Assembly: GCA_963726695.1 (NCBI GenBank)
Contig: CAVSDE010000007.1
Span: 32,466-96,465 of the forward strand
Length of the DNA stretch: 64,000 nt
Direction: 5' to 3'
DNA from: an uncultured Acidimicrobiales bacterium
GTDB taxonomy: Bacteria > Actinomycetota > Acidimicrobiia > Acidimicrobiales > DATKAS01
Below are positions 39,095-48,806 of the stretch, piece by piece. The first letter of the stretch is position 1. Every line of letters begins with the position of its first letter. The position numbers were made by a program, and so were the translations under genes. The notes under the pieces were generated by a model, which was given only the letters and a program-made list of their open reading frames with translations, was not told the origin of the DNA and made no database searches.

Positions 39095-40151
39095 GTGGCA
39101 CCCGACGCGGGCTTCTGGGCGGACCGATCGGTCCTCGTCACAGGCCACACCGGATTCAAGGGTGCGTGGCTCAGCTTCTTGCTCGCGTCCTTGGGAAGTG
39201 AGGTCACTGGCGTCGCCCTCCCCCCACTCCCCGGCGGAGCGTTCGAGCTCGCTGGCGTCGGCGGGCTCGTCGACTCGCACATCGTCGACATCCGAGATCG
39301 CGATGGCCTGGGCAACGTGATGCAGCGCGCCCAACCAGACGTCGTGTTGCACCTCGCGGCGCAGGCCCTGGTTCCGTCCAGCTACCTCGACCCGGTCGGC
39401 ACCTTCGACATCAACGTCACGGGGACGGCTCGCGTGCTCGACGCTGCCGGGGCATGCGACTCAGTGCAGCAGGTCCTCGTGGTGACGAGCGACAAGGTCT
39501 ACGCGAACGCCGGCGACGGCCGCGCCTTCCGCGAGGACGATCGTCTCGGTGGTGGCGACCCGTACAGCGCGAGCAAGGCGGCGTGCGAGGTCGTCGTGGA
39601 CTGCTGGCGCGAGCTGGTCGCGCCGCGGGGCATCGGCGTGGTGTCGGCGCGGGCAGGAAACGTGATCGGTGGAGGCGATGTTGCCGCTGGACGTCTCCTT
39701 CCCGACATCTTCCGCGCGTTGGCCGCCGGTCGTTGCGTGCAGCTGCGCAACCCTGACGGAGTGCGCCCCTGGCAGTTCGTCCTCGATCCACTCGTCGGAT
39801 ATCTCCGCTACGTCGAGCTGCTCGCCGCGGGAGTCAGCGTTCCGCCCGCCCTCAACTTCGGCCCGAACCCCGACGAGGTGCGCAGCGTCCGCGAGGTCGT
39901 CGAGACGGTGTTGGCGAGCGTGGGCGAAGGTCAGTGGGAACCGACGTCGGAGCGGGCTGGGCCCGAGGCGTCGGTCCTCGTGCTCGATCCCTCGCTCGCC
40001 CACGAGACGATCGGGTGGCGCCCCGTCCTGTCGATCGAGGCTGCACTCGAGTGGACGACCGATTGGTTTCGAGCCAGCCGTGCCGGTGGAGACTTGGCCG
40101 CCCTCTGCGCCGAGCAGATCGCGCGCCGACCGCGAGCTGGGTGCAGCATGA
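39095..40151 (+). CDS. rfbG: CDP-glucose 4,6-dehydratase
   Basis: VLVTGHTGFKGAWLSFLL, YSASKAACEVVV, ARAGNVIGGGD, NPDGVRPWQFVLDPL. In the given sequence the frame runs on into the next gene. A shift near 40110 would end it at a TGA overlapping ATG 40148. Confidence 0.7.
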
Positions 40152-41375
40152 CGCCCCCGCTCTGCCGATCGTGCGGGTCACCGCTCGAGCACACCGTGAT
40201 CGACTTCGGTCTCCAGCCGCTGAGCAACGCGTACCTCACCGAGGCGGACATCTCGCGTGAGCGCGCCTATCCGCTGGTCGCGCGGTTCTGCGTCCAGTGC
40301 TTCCTCGTGCAGGTCGACGACGTCGTGCCACCCGATCAGATCTTCTCCGACTACGCGTACTTCTCGTCGTACGCCGACACGTGGGTGGACCACGCCAGGC
40401 GTTTCGTCGACGGGGCAGTCGACCGGTTCGCGCTGACCAGCTCGAGCCTCGTCGTCGAGATCGCCAGCAACGACGGATATCTGTTGCAGCACGTCGTCGC
40501 TCGCGGCATCCCTGCGCTCGGCGTCGAGCCCGCCGCGAACGTTGCTGAGGTGGCGATCGCCAAAGGCGTTCCGACCGAGGTGCGCTTCTTCGGCCTCGAC
40601 ACCGCGAACGATCTCGTGGGTCGACGTGGCCATGCGGATCTCGTCGTGGCCAACAACGTGCTGGCCCACGTTCCCGACCTCAACGACTTCGTCGCCGGTC
40701 TCGCTGTGCTCGTGGGCGACCGGGGCGTGATGTCGATCGAGGTGCCCCACCTGCTCGAGCTGGTGGAACGCGTCGAGTTCGACACGATCTACCACGAGCA
40801 CTTCTCGTACTTCTCGCTGCTCGCTCTCGAGCTGCTTCGCCCGCCACGGGCTGAGTGTCTTCGACGTCGAGCAGCTGTCCACCCACGGCGGCAGCCTCCG
40901 CGTGTTCGCCGCATCGAGCCTCGCCGAGCGCGCCGCGAGTGAGGACGTGCGGCGGATCATCAGGGCCGAGCGGGATGCTGCACTCGACAAGCCTGAGGGC
41001 TTCGCGACGTTCGAGGGTCGGTCGCGCGCCTGCCGTGACGGTCTCGTCGCCTTCCTCGAGGACGCGCGGACTCAGGGGAAGTCGGTGGCGGCGTACGGCG
41101 CCGCGGCGAAGGGCAACACGCTCCTGAACTATGCGCACGTGACGCCCGAGCTCCTCCCCTACGTCGTCGATCGCAACCCTCACAAGCAGGGCCACTTGTT
41201 GCCCGGCTCCCATCTCCCGATCCGCGACCCGGCCGCGCTCGTCGAAGACCGACCCAACTTCGTGTTGATCCTTCCGTGGAACCTCTCCGACGAGATCACC
41301 GAGCAGATGTCCGTCGTGAAGAGCTGGGGAGGGCGTTTCGTGGTCGCCGTACCCGAGCTCACGGTGCTCACGTGA
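40148..41375 (+). CDS. NDP-hexose C-methyltransferase (class I SAM-dependent, TylC3-like); frameshift near 40833
   Basis: N-terminal zinc ribbon: CRSCGSPLEHTVIDFGLQPLSNAYL. SAM domain: VVEIASNDGYLL. Further motifs: NNVLAHVPDLNDF, IEVPHL, FDTIYHEHFSYFSL. The C-terminal part (STHGGSLRVFAA...NPHKQGHLLPGSHLPI) is in ORF 40902..41375. Confidence 0.7.
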
Positions 41376-41860
41376 TCTTCGTCGACGCCGGCCTGCCGGG
41401 CGCGTTCCTCGTCGACCAGGAACGCCACGTCGACGACCGCGGGTACTTCAGCCGCACCTACTGCGCAGACGAGTTCCGCCGCGGGACTCGATCCGGGGAT
41501 CGCGAGTGCCGCCGTCGTGGCGCAGGCGGTCAGCGCCGCAGCCGGGCTGAGCGCGTCATGGTGATCCTCGATTCCAATCACACCCACGATCATGTGCTCG
41601 CCGAAGCTCGAGGCTACGCCCCGCTGGTGACGGTCGGCCAGTACCTGATCGTCGCCGACACCGCGTTCAGTGCACATCCCGGTGCAGGTGCACCGGCCTC
41701 GCCCGTGGGGTCCGGGTGACAACCCAATGACCGCACTCGACGAATATCGGACGACGCATCCCAAGCTTCAGCTCGATCCGTACGTCAACGCGAAGCTCTG
41801 CTCTTGACGTCCTCGCCCGGGGGCTACGGTCTACGACGTCGAGCACGAGATCGAGCCGAT
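41372..41860 (+). pseudogene. chimeric remnant: about 40 N-terminal codons of an RmlC-like sugar epimerase joined to the C-terminal third of a CmcI-like methyltransferase, with further frameshifts
   Basis: VIFVDAGLPGAFLVDQERHVDDRGYFSRTYCADEF is an RmlC-type N-terminus. It is followed within 30 codons by VMVILDSNHTHDHVLAEARGYAPLVTVGQYLIVADT. In other frames come RPWGPGDNPMTALDEYRTTHPKLQLD and LTSSPGGY, which are CmcI-family C-terminal motifs. Confidence 0.5.
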
Positions 41861-41890
41861 CCGCCGTGGCTTACCAGATCAGGGCGGGCG

Positions 41891-42632
41891 ATGACACCAG
41901 AGCTCGGGCCGTCGAGATCTGCGCAGGCTCGTGGCGACGGCTCCGCTGTGCGCCGCCGGGGACCTGTGTGCTCGACTTCACCGAGCAATGAGGTCGGATC
42001 GAATCGCCGTGTGCCTGACCCTTGTCGGGTTAGAGACCCTCGACCTCGCTGATGGCGCCCGACTCTCGACACGGTGCGGCGAATGCTCGCCGAACGACCC
42101 GACCTGCGAGCCTCCTTCTTCGATGTCAGCGACATGTACGTCGACTACTGGCGCGCCCTGGTGCCCGAGAGCGAGTTCGCTACGTTCGAGACCCCTGAGG
42201 AGTGGCAGGGTGCGTTCGACGCGGTGGTGTCCTTCTTCATGCTCGAACACGTCGCCGACCCGGCGAGGGTGGTCGATGGCGTCGTTCATGATGGAGCGTG
42301 GGTCGTGACCGGCCGCCGTCCCGAGGTCGAGACGACAGCCGACAGGTCGGCCGACACGACAGTCGAATCGAACATCGCCAGAATCGGCGCGGACGTGAGC
42401 GACGCGGCAGCAGCGCGTGAGATCGCTCGGTACTGGACCGACCTCGACGAGCGCCTCAGGGATCGGAGCTCGACGTATCCGGGCGTCCGCACGGCTTCCC
42501 GTGGTCGCGCCTCAGGACCTACCAGCAGACGTGCACGATGTCCTCGTCGGCCTGAACCCCACCCACGCCCGCTCCATCGTCGAGGCAATCGACGTATGGC
42601 ACGACCGGGCCTTGACGTTCCACTACCTGTGA
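41891..42632 (+). pseudogene. degraded class I methyltransferase-like gene (in-frame stop and several frameshifts)
   Basis: Fragments CVLDFTEQ-stop-GRI, LETLDLADGA, MLAERPDLRASFFDVSD and AFDAVVSFFMLEHVADPARVV are spread over three frames. The last segment (DVHDVLVGLNPTHARSIVEAIDVWHDRALTFHYL) ends in a TGA overlapping the GNAT GTG. Confidence 0.4.
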
Positions 42633-43138
42633 TCAGCGGGGAGACCACGGAACTGCGCGAGTTCCGCGCTGCGGACCTCGATGTGCTGACCGCGCTCCGC
42701 AACGACGTCGAGGTGCAGCGGCTCCTCCTCGCCCGGCCGCGACCGAACACAACTGAGCGGGTGCAGGAGTGGGTCACCCGACTCGGTGAGGATCCCCAGG
42801 CGGCGCTGTTCGTCGTCGCCGTCGACGGCACGGCAATCGGCTTCGTGCAGATCACCGCCATCGACCCGATCAGCGCGCACTGCCGGCTCGGAATCGCGAT
42901 CAGCCCCGAACACCACGGCCGCGGTCACGGCCGCGAAGCACTCGAGCTCGCGGCCGCCTATCTGCGCGCCACGTTCTCGGTCCACAAGGTCGTGCTCGAG
43001 GTGATCGCCGACAACGAACGGGCGATCGGCCTCTACCGCAGCGCCGGCTTCCGGGAGGTGGGGGTGCTCGCGGAGCACTTCAAGCACGACGGCATGTGGT
43101 CCGACGTGGTGATCATGGAACGCCTGCTCGACCGATGA
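42629..43138 (+). CDS. GNAT-family N-acetyltransferase
   Basis: The start is GTG 42629 inside ORF 42074..43138. GNAT core: IGFVQITAIDPISAHCRLGIAISPEHHGRGHGREALELAAAYL...NERAIGLYRSAGFREVG. Confidence 0.75.
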   Translation: MISGETTELREFRAADLDVLTALRNDVEVQRLLLARPRPNTTERVQEWVTRLGEDPQAALFVVAVDGTAIGFVQITAIDPISAHCRLGIAISPEHHGRGHGREALELAAAYLRATFSVHKVVLEVIADNERAIGLYRSAGFREVGVLAEHFKHDGMWSDVVIMERLLDR

Positions 43139-43920
43139 CGACCGTCGTCATCTCCCAACCGATGCTCTTCCCGTGGGTCGGGATGTTCGAGCAGGTGCAG
43201 CTCGCTGACGTGTACGTGCACTACGACGACGTGCAATTCGCTCGCGGCTTCATCAACAGGGTGCAGGTGAAGACCTCACGAGGCCCCACATGGATGACCG
43301 TGCCGCTGCAACGCCACTCACAGTCGGTGTTGATCAAGGATCTCGCCGCCAGCGACGAGACGGACTGGCGTGCCGCGCACGGCAACCTCCTCAGCGAGAG
43401 CTATCACGACGCGCCCCACGTCGCCGAGATGCTCCACCTCGTCGCCGAGACGTATGGCGACCGACAGGTCCCGCTCGTGGCTGTGTTGGAGAAAGGGCTC
43501 GCGTCACTCTCGCCGAAGCTCGGCATCGATGGGCCCAGCCGCGTCGAGCGGTCGTCGGATTTGGATGTCGTTGGGCGAGGCTCTCAACGAATCCTCGCGA
43601 TCGTTCTGGCGGTGGGTGGCGACGTGTACCTCACGGGCCATGGCGGCCACAACTACCTCGACCATGAGGAGTTCGAGGCCGCCGGAGTCGAGGTCCGCTA
43701 TATGGACTACGCGCTCACCCCGTACTCACAGCTGCACGGACCGTTCACCCCGTTTGTGTCGGCACTGGACCTCATCGCGAACACGGGCAGCGACGCGCCG
43801 ATGTATGTCCGCCCACGCACCGTGCCCTGGCGCGACTTCGCCCTCTCAGCCCGGCCTAGGCAGATCGTTCCAGATGGCTCGCAAGCCTCCTGGCCACGAA
43901 GTCCACTTCGTCCTCGGTGA
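43135..43920 (+). CDS. WbqC-family protein
   Basis: MTTVVISQPMLFPWVGMFEQVQLADVYVHYDDVQFARGFINRVQVK is the typical WbqC N-terminus. There is an ATGA overlap with the GNAT stop. The 3-prime end overlaps the convergent aminotransferase by 65 nt and may be extended artificially. Confidence 0.7.
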   Translation: MTTVVISQPMLFPWVGMFEQVQLADVYVHYDDVQFARGFINRVQVKTSRGPTWMTVPLQRHSQSVLIKDLAASDETDWRAAHGNLLSESYHDAPHVAEMLHLVAETYGDRQVPLVAVLEKGLASLSPKLGIDGPSRVERSSDLDVVGRGSQRILAIVLAVGGDVYLTGHGGHNYLDHEEFEAAGVEVRYMDYALTPYSQLHGPFTPFVSALDLIANTGSDAPMYVRPRTVPWRDFALSARPRQIVPDGSQASWPRSPLRPR

Positions 43921-45013
43921 GGCGCGCGGCCGACGGAAGGTTCAGGCCGTAGGCGCAGATGCGCTGGCTCACTGGGTTCGCGTCGCGGGCCCGTGCCGCC
44001 TCGGGCAGGTCGCGGTACGCCGGAAGCGTGCTGAGGGGATGGAAGAACGGTCTCGTGTCGATGCCGTCCTCCGCGAGCGCCGCCGCCAGCGGCTCCTTCC
44101 GCCAGCTGCGCGCGGGGTCGACGACGATCGTGGACATCCAGTACGAGTTCGTCGTTCCCGCCGGCTCGGCGTTCAGCGTCACGCCGGCGATCTCTCCGAG
44201 TCGCTGCCGGTACCAGTCGAAGATCTGCCGCTTCTGCGCGACGAGCTCGTCGATGCGGTCGAGCTGTGCCTGTCCGAGCGCCGCCTGCAGAGAGCTCATC
44301 TTGTACTTGAACGCGACCTCGACGTTCGTGAATGAGACGTCGCCGGGCTTGCGGCCGTGGTCGCGCAGCAGCTGCACTCGTTCGTACAGCGGCACCTCGT
44401 CGGTGACGAGCATCCCGCCCTCACCCGTCGTGAGGGTCTTCGAGCCATGGAAGCTGAACGTCGACGCCACGCCGAAGGCTCCGGCCGGCCGGCCGTGGTA
44501 GGCGGAACCGATCGCCTCGGCCGCGTCCTCGATGAGTGCGAACCCGTGCTCGTCACAGATCGCCTCGATTGTGTCGAGCTCGGGCATCCCCCCGTAGAGA
44601 TCGACGGCGATCACCGCTCGAGTCCGCGGCGTGATCGCCCGCTCGAGCGAGGCGGGGTCGAGGCACCAGGTCACCGGATCGATGTCGACGAAGACAGGCG
44701 TCGCGCCGACGTATGAGATGGGTGCGGATGACGCGATCCACGTCGCCTCGGGGACGATGACCTCGTCTCCGGGGCCAACGCCTAGGGCCGCGAGGCTCAG
44801 GTGCAGCGCCGACGTGCACGAGGGAAGCGCGACGGCGAATCGGCGGCCGACATAGGACGCGAAGCTGGACTCGAAGTGCGAGATCACGTCGTTGGCGTGC
44901 TCGTACCAGGCCGTTCGCACCGCGGCGGCCACCAGATCGACCTCATGGTCCGTGATCGAGGGTCCGGCGACGCTGATGCGCCTGGAGCGCTCCTCGCTCA
45001 CCACTGTCTCCAC
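43856..45013 (-). CDS. DegT/DnrJ/EryC1/StrS-family sugar aminotransferase (PLP-dependent)
   Basis: 385 aa with FESSFASYVG, LPSCTSALHLSL and FSFHGSKTLTTGEGGML (PLP lysine context). Confidence 0.8.
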   Translation of the reverse strand: METVVSEERSRRISVAGPSITDHEVDLVAAAVRTAWYEHANDVISHFESSFASYVGRRFAVALPSCTSALHLSLAALGVGPGDEVIVPEATWIASSAPISYVGATPVFVDIDPVTWCLDPASLERAITPRTRAVIAVDLYGGMPELDTIEAICDEHGFALIEDAAEAIGSAYHGRPAGAFGVASTFSFHGSKTLTTGEGGMLVTDEVPLYERVQLLRDHGRKPGDVSFTNVEVAFKYKMSSLQAALGQAQLDRIDELVAQKRQIFDWYRQRLGEIAGVTLNAEPAGTTNSYWMSTIVVDPARSWRKEPLAAALAEDGIDTRPFFHPLSTLPAYRDLPEAARARDANPVSQRICAYGLNLPSAARLTEDEVDFVARRLASHLERSA

Positions 45014-45771
45014 GGAGCGGACCCGTCGCTCCAGAGCTGCTCGAGCTGCGTCTTGTCGCGGAGCGTATCCATGGCCTGCCAGAACCCGTCATGGCGATAG
45101 GCACCGAGCTGCCCCGCTTCGACGAGCCGCTGCATCGGTGGTCCCTCCCAGGGCGTCGAGTCCTCGTCGATGAGGTCGATGACCGACGGCTCGAGCACGG
45201 AAAAACCGCCGTTGATCCAGTTGCCGACGCCCTCCGGCTTCTCGGCGAACCCAACGACGCTCTCGTCGCGAACCTGCAGCGCTCCCCAACGACCCGGTGG
45301 CTGCACCGCCGTGACAGTGGCGCACAGTCCGGAAGCCCGATGATGTTCGACGAGCGCGGAGATGTCGACATCCGCCACGGCATCGCCGTACGTGAAGCAG
45401 AACGTGTCATCACCGACGTAGCTGGCAACACGCTTCAGCCGCCCGCCGGTCATCGAGTCTTCACCCGTCTCGACGAGAGTGACTCTCCACGGCTCGGCCT
45501 GCGCGTGGTGCACCTCGGTCGTGTTCCGCGCCAGGTCGATCGTCACGTCGGACGCGTGGAGGAAGTAGTTCGCGAAGTACTCCTTGATGACGTAGCCCTT
45601 GTAGCCGAGACAGATGATGAAGTCGTTCACGCCGTATGCGGAGTAGATCTTCAGGATGTGCCAGAGGATCGGCCGGCCACCGATCTCGACCATCGGCTTG
45701 GGGCGCAGCTGTGTCTCCTCGCTCAGCCGGCTCCCGAGGCCACCGGCAAGGATCACTGCCTTCATTGACAC
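44998..45771 (-). CDS. rfbF: glucose-1-phosphate cytidylyltransferase
   Basis: KAVILAGGLGSRLSEETQLRPKPMVEIGGRPILWHILKIYSAYGVNDFIICLGYKGYVIKEYF is near-canonical RfbF. The length of 257 aa fits. Confidence 0.85.
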   Translation of the reverse strand: MSMKAVILAGGLGSRLSEETQLRPKPMVEIGGRPILWHILKIYSAYGVNDFIICLGYKGYVIKEYFANYFLHASDVTIDLARNTTEVHHAQAEPWRVTLVETGEDSMTGGRLKRVASYVGDDTFCFTYGDAVADVDISALVEHHRASGLCATVTAVQPPGRWGALQVRDESVVGFAEKPEGVGNWINGGFSVLEPSVIDLIDEDSTPWEGPPMQRLVEAGQLGAYRHDGFWQAMDTLRDKTQLEQLWSDGSAPWRQW

Positions 45772-45813
45772 AGTGTTGCCCGATCGGCCGGCGCCAGCGG
45801 GGATTGAGCGGGC

Positions 45814-46593
45814 CTAGGCGGGCAATGCATCCCGCTTGCCGAGCAAGAACACCCGTGGCGTTCGGTCCTCGGCGGTCACCTCTTCGACGGGCGTCGCAGT
45901 GAACCCGGCCTCGCTCAGCAAGCGCAGCCACGTGTCCAAGCTGAAGAGCCCCGTGTGGTGGCGTTCGTGCACGATCTCGACGTCGCCACCAGCCTCGCGA
46001 AGCAGGAACACGTACTCGGTCGTCACTCCACTGGCGCCGCGCTCGCTCCAGAAGAGGTAGCGGACGGCGCGACCGTCTGCTCCGTCCGCACCGCCGTGAT
46101 CGGTCTCGGGCTCGAACCTCTCCGTCACGTGGTCGGGTACGAACACCGCGACACCGCCGGGACGGCAGTGCACGAACGCCGTCTCCATCGCAAGGCGCAA
46201 GTCGTCCTCCGTCGTCATGTAGTCGATCGCGTCGTGGACGAAGACCGCGTCGAAGGTGCGACCCAGTCGCACCGTGCGCATGTCTCCGACGACGTGCTCG
46301 CACTCAGGGTTCAGCCGCGTCGACATCTCGAGCATCGACGGCGACAGGTCGACGAGCGTCATCGAGAACGACGACTTCATGTGACTCGCGTTGCTTCCAC
46401 CTCCGCTCCCGAGCTCGAGCACCCGCTCGACGAGGCCGTCGGCTGTCCGCAGCAGTGCCGCCGAGAAGGTCGCCTCCTCCGTGTAGTGGTCGGGAGGCGA
46501 GATGAGCGGCCACCACGGCGCGAGGTCTGCGTAGAAGCGGTAGCTGTGACTGCCCAAACCGTGATCGGCCACACCGAGATCATGGCGCGCCAT
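45814..46593 (-). CDS. class I SAM-dependent methyltransferase, TylM1/DesVI-like (sugar N,N-dimethyltransferase family)
   Basis: Starts at MARHDLG (ATG 46593). Contains YADLAPWW, VLELGSGGGSNASHM, GDMRTVRLGRTFDAVFVHDAIDYM, HCRPGGVAVFVPD and HERHHTGLFSLDTWLRLLSEAGF. Confidence 0.6.
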   Translation of the reverse strand: MARHDLGVADHGLGSHSYRFYADLAPWWPLISPPDHYTEEATFSAALLRTADGLVERVLELGSGGGSNASHMKSSFSMTLVDLSPSMLEMSTRLNPECEHVVGDMRTVRLGRTFDAVFVHDAIDYMTTEDDLRLAMETAFVHCRPGGVAVFVPDHVTERFEPETDHGGADGADGRAVRYLFWSERGASGVTTEYVFLLREAGGDVEIVHERHHTGLFSLDTWLRLLSEAGFTATPVEEVTAEDRTPRVFLLGKRDALPA

Positions 46594-46667
46594 CCAGGGA
46601 CCGGTTGCGCTCCGAACAACTCCCCGTGCGGCAGCCCACTGTCGCGCAGGGAGAGGAGAGAGTTGCC

Positions 46668-46962
46668 ATGGCTGATCTGTCCCGACGCACGTTGCTGCGC
46701 GCCTCCGCTGGTGTCGCAGCGATCGCGGTGCCGATGTCCGCCCTCGCGGCACGTGGTGCCACATCGTCCTCCACGAACGCCGAACCCGAGCTGAAGCCAG
46801 AAGAGCTCAAGGCGTTCGGAGATGGCGCCGTCGTGTTCCACGTCCGCGACGCCGCCACCGGCGAGGTCGCGATCCTGCAGGGCGCCGACGAGGTCGTCGT
46901 GCAGGACAAGCAGCTCGTCGCCCGCGTCAGTCCGCGCGGCCAACGCCGTCCAAGCCGGCTGA
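46668..46962 (+). CDS. small secreted protein with twin-arginine (Tat) signal; frameshift near 46932
   Basis: A ggagaggagag RBS precedes MADLSRRTLLRASAGVAAIAVPMSALAARG. After removal of one c at 46931-46932 the frame ends at TGA 46960-46962, directly before the aggagg RBS of the next gene. Confidence 0.55.
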
Positions 46963-46972
46963 AGGAGGATCG

Positions 46973-48344
46973 ATGTCATCGCATCGCGAAGCACCCGAGA
47001 TCTCGAAGGACCCGGTCGCCGACTCGACCGACACCTACGCGTTCGTCAGCCCTGACCGGCCCGACACCGTCACGATCATCACGAACTACATCCCTCTGGA
47101 GGATCCTGCCGGCGGCCCGAACTTCTTCGAGTTCGGCGACGACGTCCTGTATCGCATCAACGTCGACAACGACGGCGACGGGCGGCCCGACGTGATCTAC
47201 GACTTCCGCTTCAAGACGACGGTCGTGAACCCGAACACCTTCCTCTACAACACGGGCCCGATCGCCTCGCTCGACAGCCCGAACTTCAACCGTCGCCAGA
47301 CCTACTCCGTCACCGAGTTCCGCAAGAACCACGCACCGCACAAGCTGGGCGACAACCTGACGTCTCCGCCGTGCAACGTCGGCGCTCGGTCGACACCGAG
47401 CTACTTCAACCTCGCGAATGCGGCGATCCACGGCGTGACAGACGGCATCACGGTGTTCGCCGGTCAGCGTCTCGACGGGTTCTTCGTCGACCTCGGCGCC
47501 GTGTTCGATCTGGCCGCGCTGCGGCCGTTCCAGAACCTGCACCTCGTCTCGACGCCGGCTGCCCCCGGTCGTGAACGCGCTCCGCTCGTTCAACGTGCAC
47601 ACGATCGCCATCCAGATCCCGATCGCTCGCCTCACCCGCAGCGGCAGCGCGCCGAGCGATCCGATGTCGAGCGATGCGAACATCGGCGTGTGGGCGTCGG
47701 CGTATCGCCAGAAGGCGTTGGTGCGCGGGAACAGCAAGGACACGAGCGTCGGCCCATGGGTGCAGGTCTCGCGCCTCGGCAATCCCCTCTTCAACGAGGT
47801 GATCGTGCCGATGGGCCGAAAGGACAGCTGGAACGCCTCGACCCCCGACCGTGACAAGGACTACTCGCAGTACGTGGCGCGGCCCGAGCTCGCCACGCTC
47901 CTGCCCGTGCTGTATCCCGGCGTGTTCCCGAACCTGGCCGCGTTCACCGGCGATCGGGCCGACCTGCTCGCGATCCTGTTGACCGGCATCCCGAGCGGCA
48001 TCGTGCCGGGCTTCCAGAACTTCACGGGGACGACTCAAGCCGACATGCTCCGCCTGAACACCGCGATCAAGCCCTCGGGATCGCCGAACGCGAACGGCAT
48101 CCTGGGCGGCGACCTCGCTGGCTTCCCGAACGGTCGGCGTGTCTTCGACGACGTCGTGACCATCGAGCTGCGGGCGGTCGCAGGCTTGACGATCCCGCTG
48201 GTGAGCCCGTCCTTCAAGCCCGACGGGGCGGCCGCGCTCGTGACCGACGGAAGCTCGACGACGACGCCGGCCTACCTGACGACGTTCCCCTATCTGGGGC
48301 ACCCGGCGAGCGGCTCCGAGGTGCAGCCGCTCTCGGTGGCGTGA
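46973..48344 (+). CDS. DUF4331-family protein; frameshift near 47568
   Basis: MSSHREAPEISKDPVADSTDTYAFVSPD is the hallmark DUF4331 N-terminus. The protein continues (NALRSFNVHTIAIQIPIARL...SRLGNPLFNEVIVP...GFPNGRRVFDDVV) in ORF 47571..48344. Confidence 0.7.
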
Positions 48345-48673
48345 TGCCAGCGCATCACGAGCATCACGAGCACCCCGCGGTGCACGGCGGAACGGCCGTC
48401 CTCGACATCGGCGGAGACGTCGGCGCCATGGTCGCCCTGCTCGACGGGGATGCCGAGGGCACCGAGCTGTTCCTTCGGCCGCTCGACGAGCCGACCACGA
48501 CCGTGCACACGGGCGTCTGGACACGACACCAGAACGGGGATCACGTCACCGCCGCGCTCTTCTGCGCGCTCCGCGCCGGGTGCTACTCAGTGCTCACGCC
48601 CGACGGATCCACGCAGACGCAGGTCGAGATCCGAGGAGGCGAGCTCACCGAGCTCGACCTCCGAGATACCTGA
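48341..48673 (+). CDS. small His-rich protein co-transcribed with the DUF4331 gene
   Basis: 110 aa. The N-terminus is MMPAHHEHHEHPAVHGG. It overlaps the previous stop by 4 nt. Confidence 0.5.
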   Translation: MMPAHHEHHEHPAVHGGTAVLDIGGDVGAMVALLDGDAEGTELFLRPLDEPTTTVHTGVWTRHQNGDHVTAALFCALRAGCYSVLTPDGSTQTQVEIRGGELTELDLRDT

Positions 48674-48684
48674 ATGGTCTCGCG

Positions 48685-48716
48685 CGCATGACGCGTCATC
48701 GCTGACGCGTCATGCG
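48685..48716. terminator. 14-bp-stem hairpin built from two copies of the palindrome TGACGCGTCA, between convergent genes (bidirectional terminator or protein-binding site)
   Basis: c-gcatgacgcgtca-tcgc-tgacgcgtcatgc-g at 48685-48716. The arms are perfectly complementary. Confidence 0.5.
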
Positions 48717-48731
48717 AACGGGAAGCAAGGC

Positions 48732-48806
48732 TCAGATGCGCTTCGCCAAGTAGATGATCAGCAGGATGACGAGGACGAGCACGAGAAAGCCGCCTCCGAT
48801 GTACAT
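48732..48806 (-). CDS. 24-aa hydrophobic micro-protein
   Basis: Sequence MYIGGGFLVLVLVILLIIYLAKRI-stop. An AAGGAG Shine-Dalgarno (complement of ctcctt at 48813-48818) sits 6 nt upstream of the ATG. Confidence 0.4.
   Translation of the reverse strand: MYIGGGFLVLVLVILLIIYLAKRI

Noticed and set aside
39095-40942. An apparent in-frame fusion of CDP-glucose 4,6-dehydratase with the C-methyltransferase (single ORF 39095..40942).
   Set aside because: A one-base shift near 40110 makes the dehydratase end ...RADRELGAA-TGA, with the TGA overlapping ATG 40148. That is the typical coupled-gene junction seen throughout this window. Given the indel background, the fusion is most likely an artefact.
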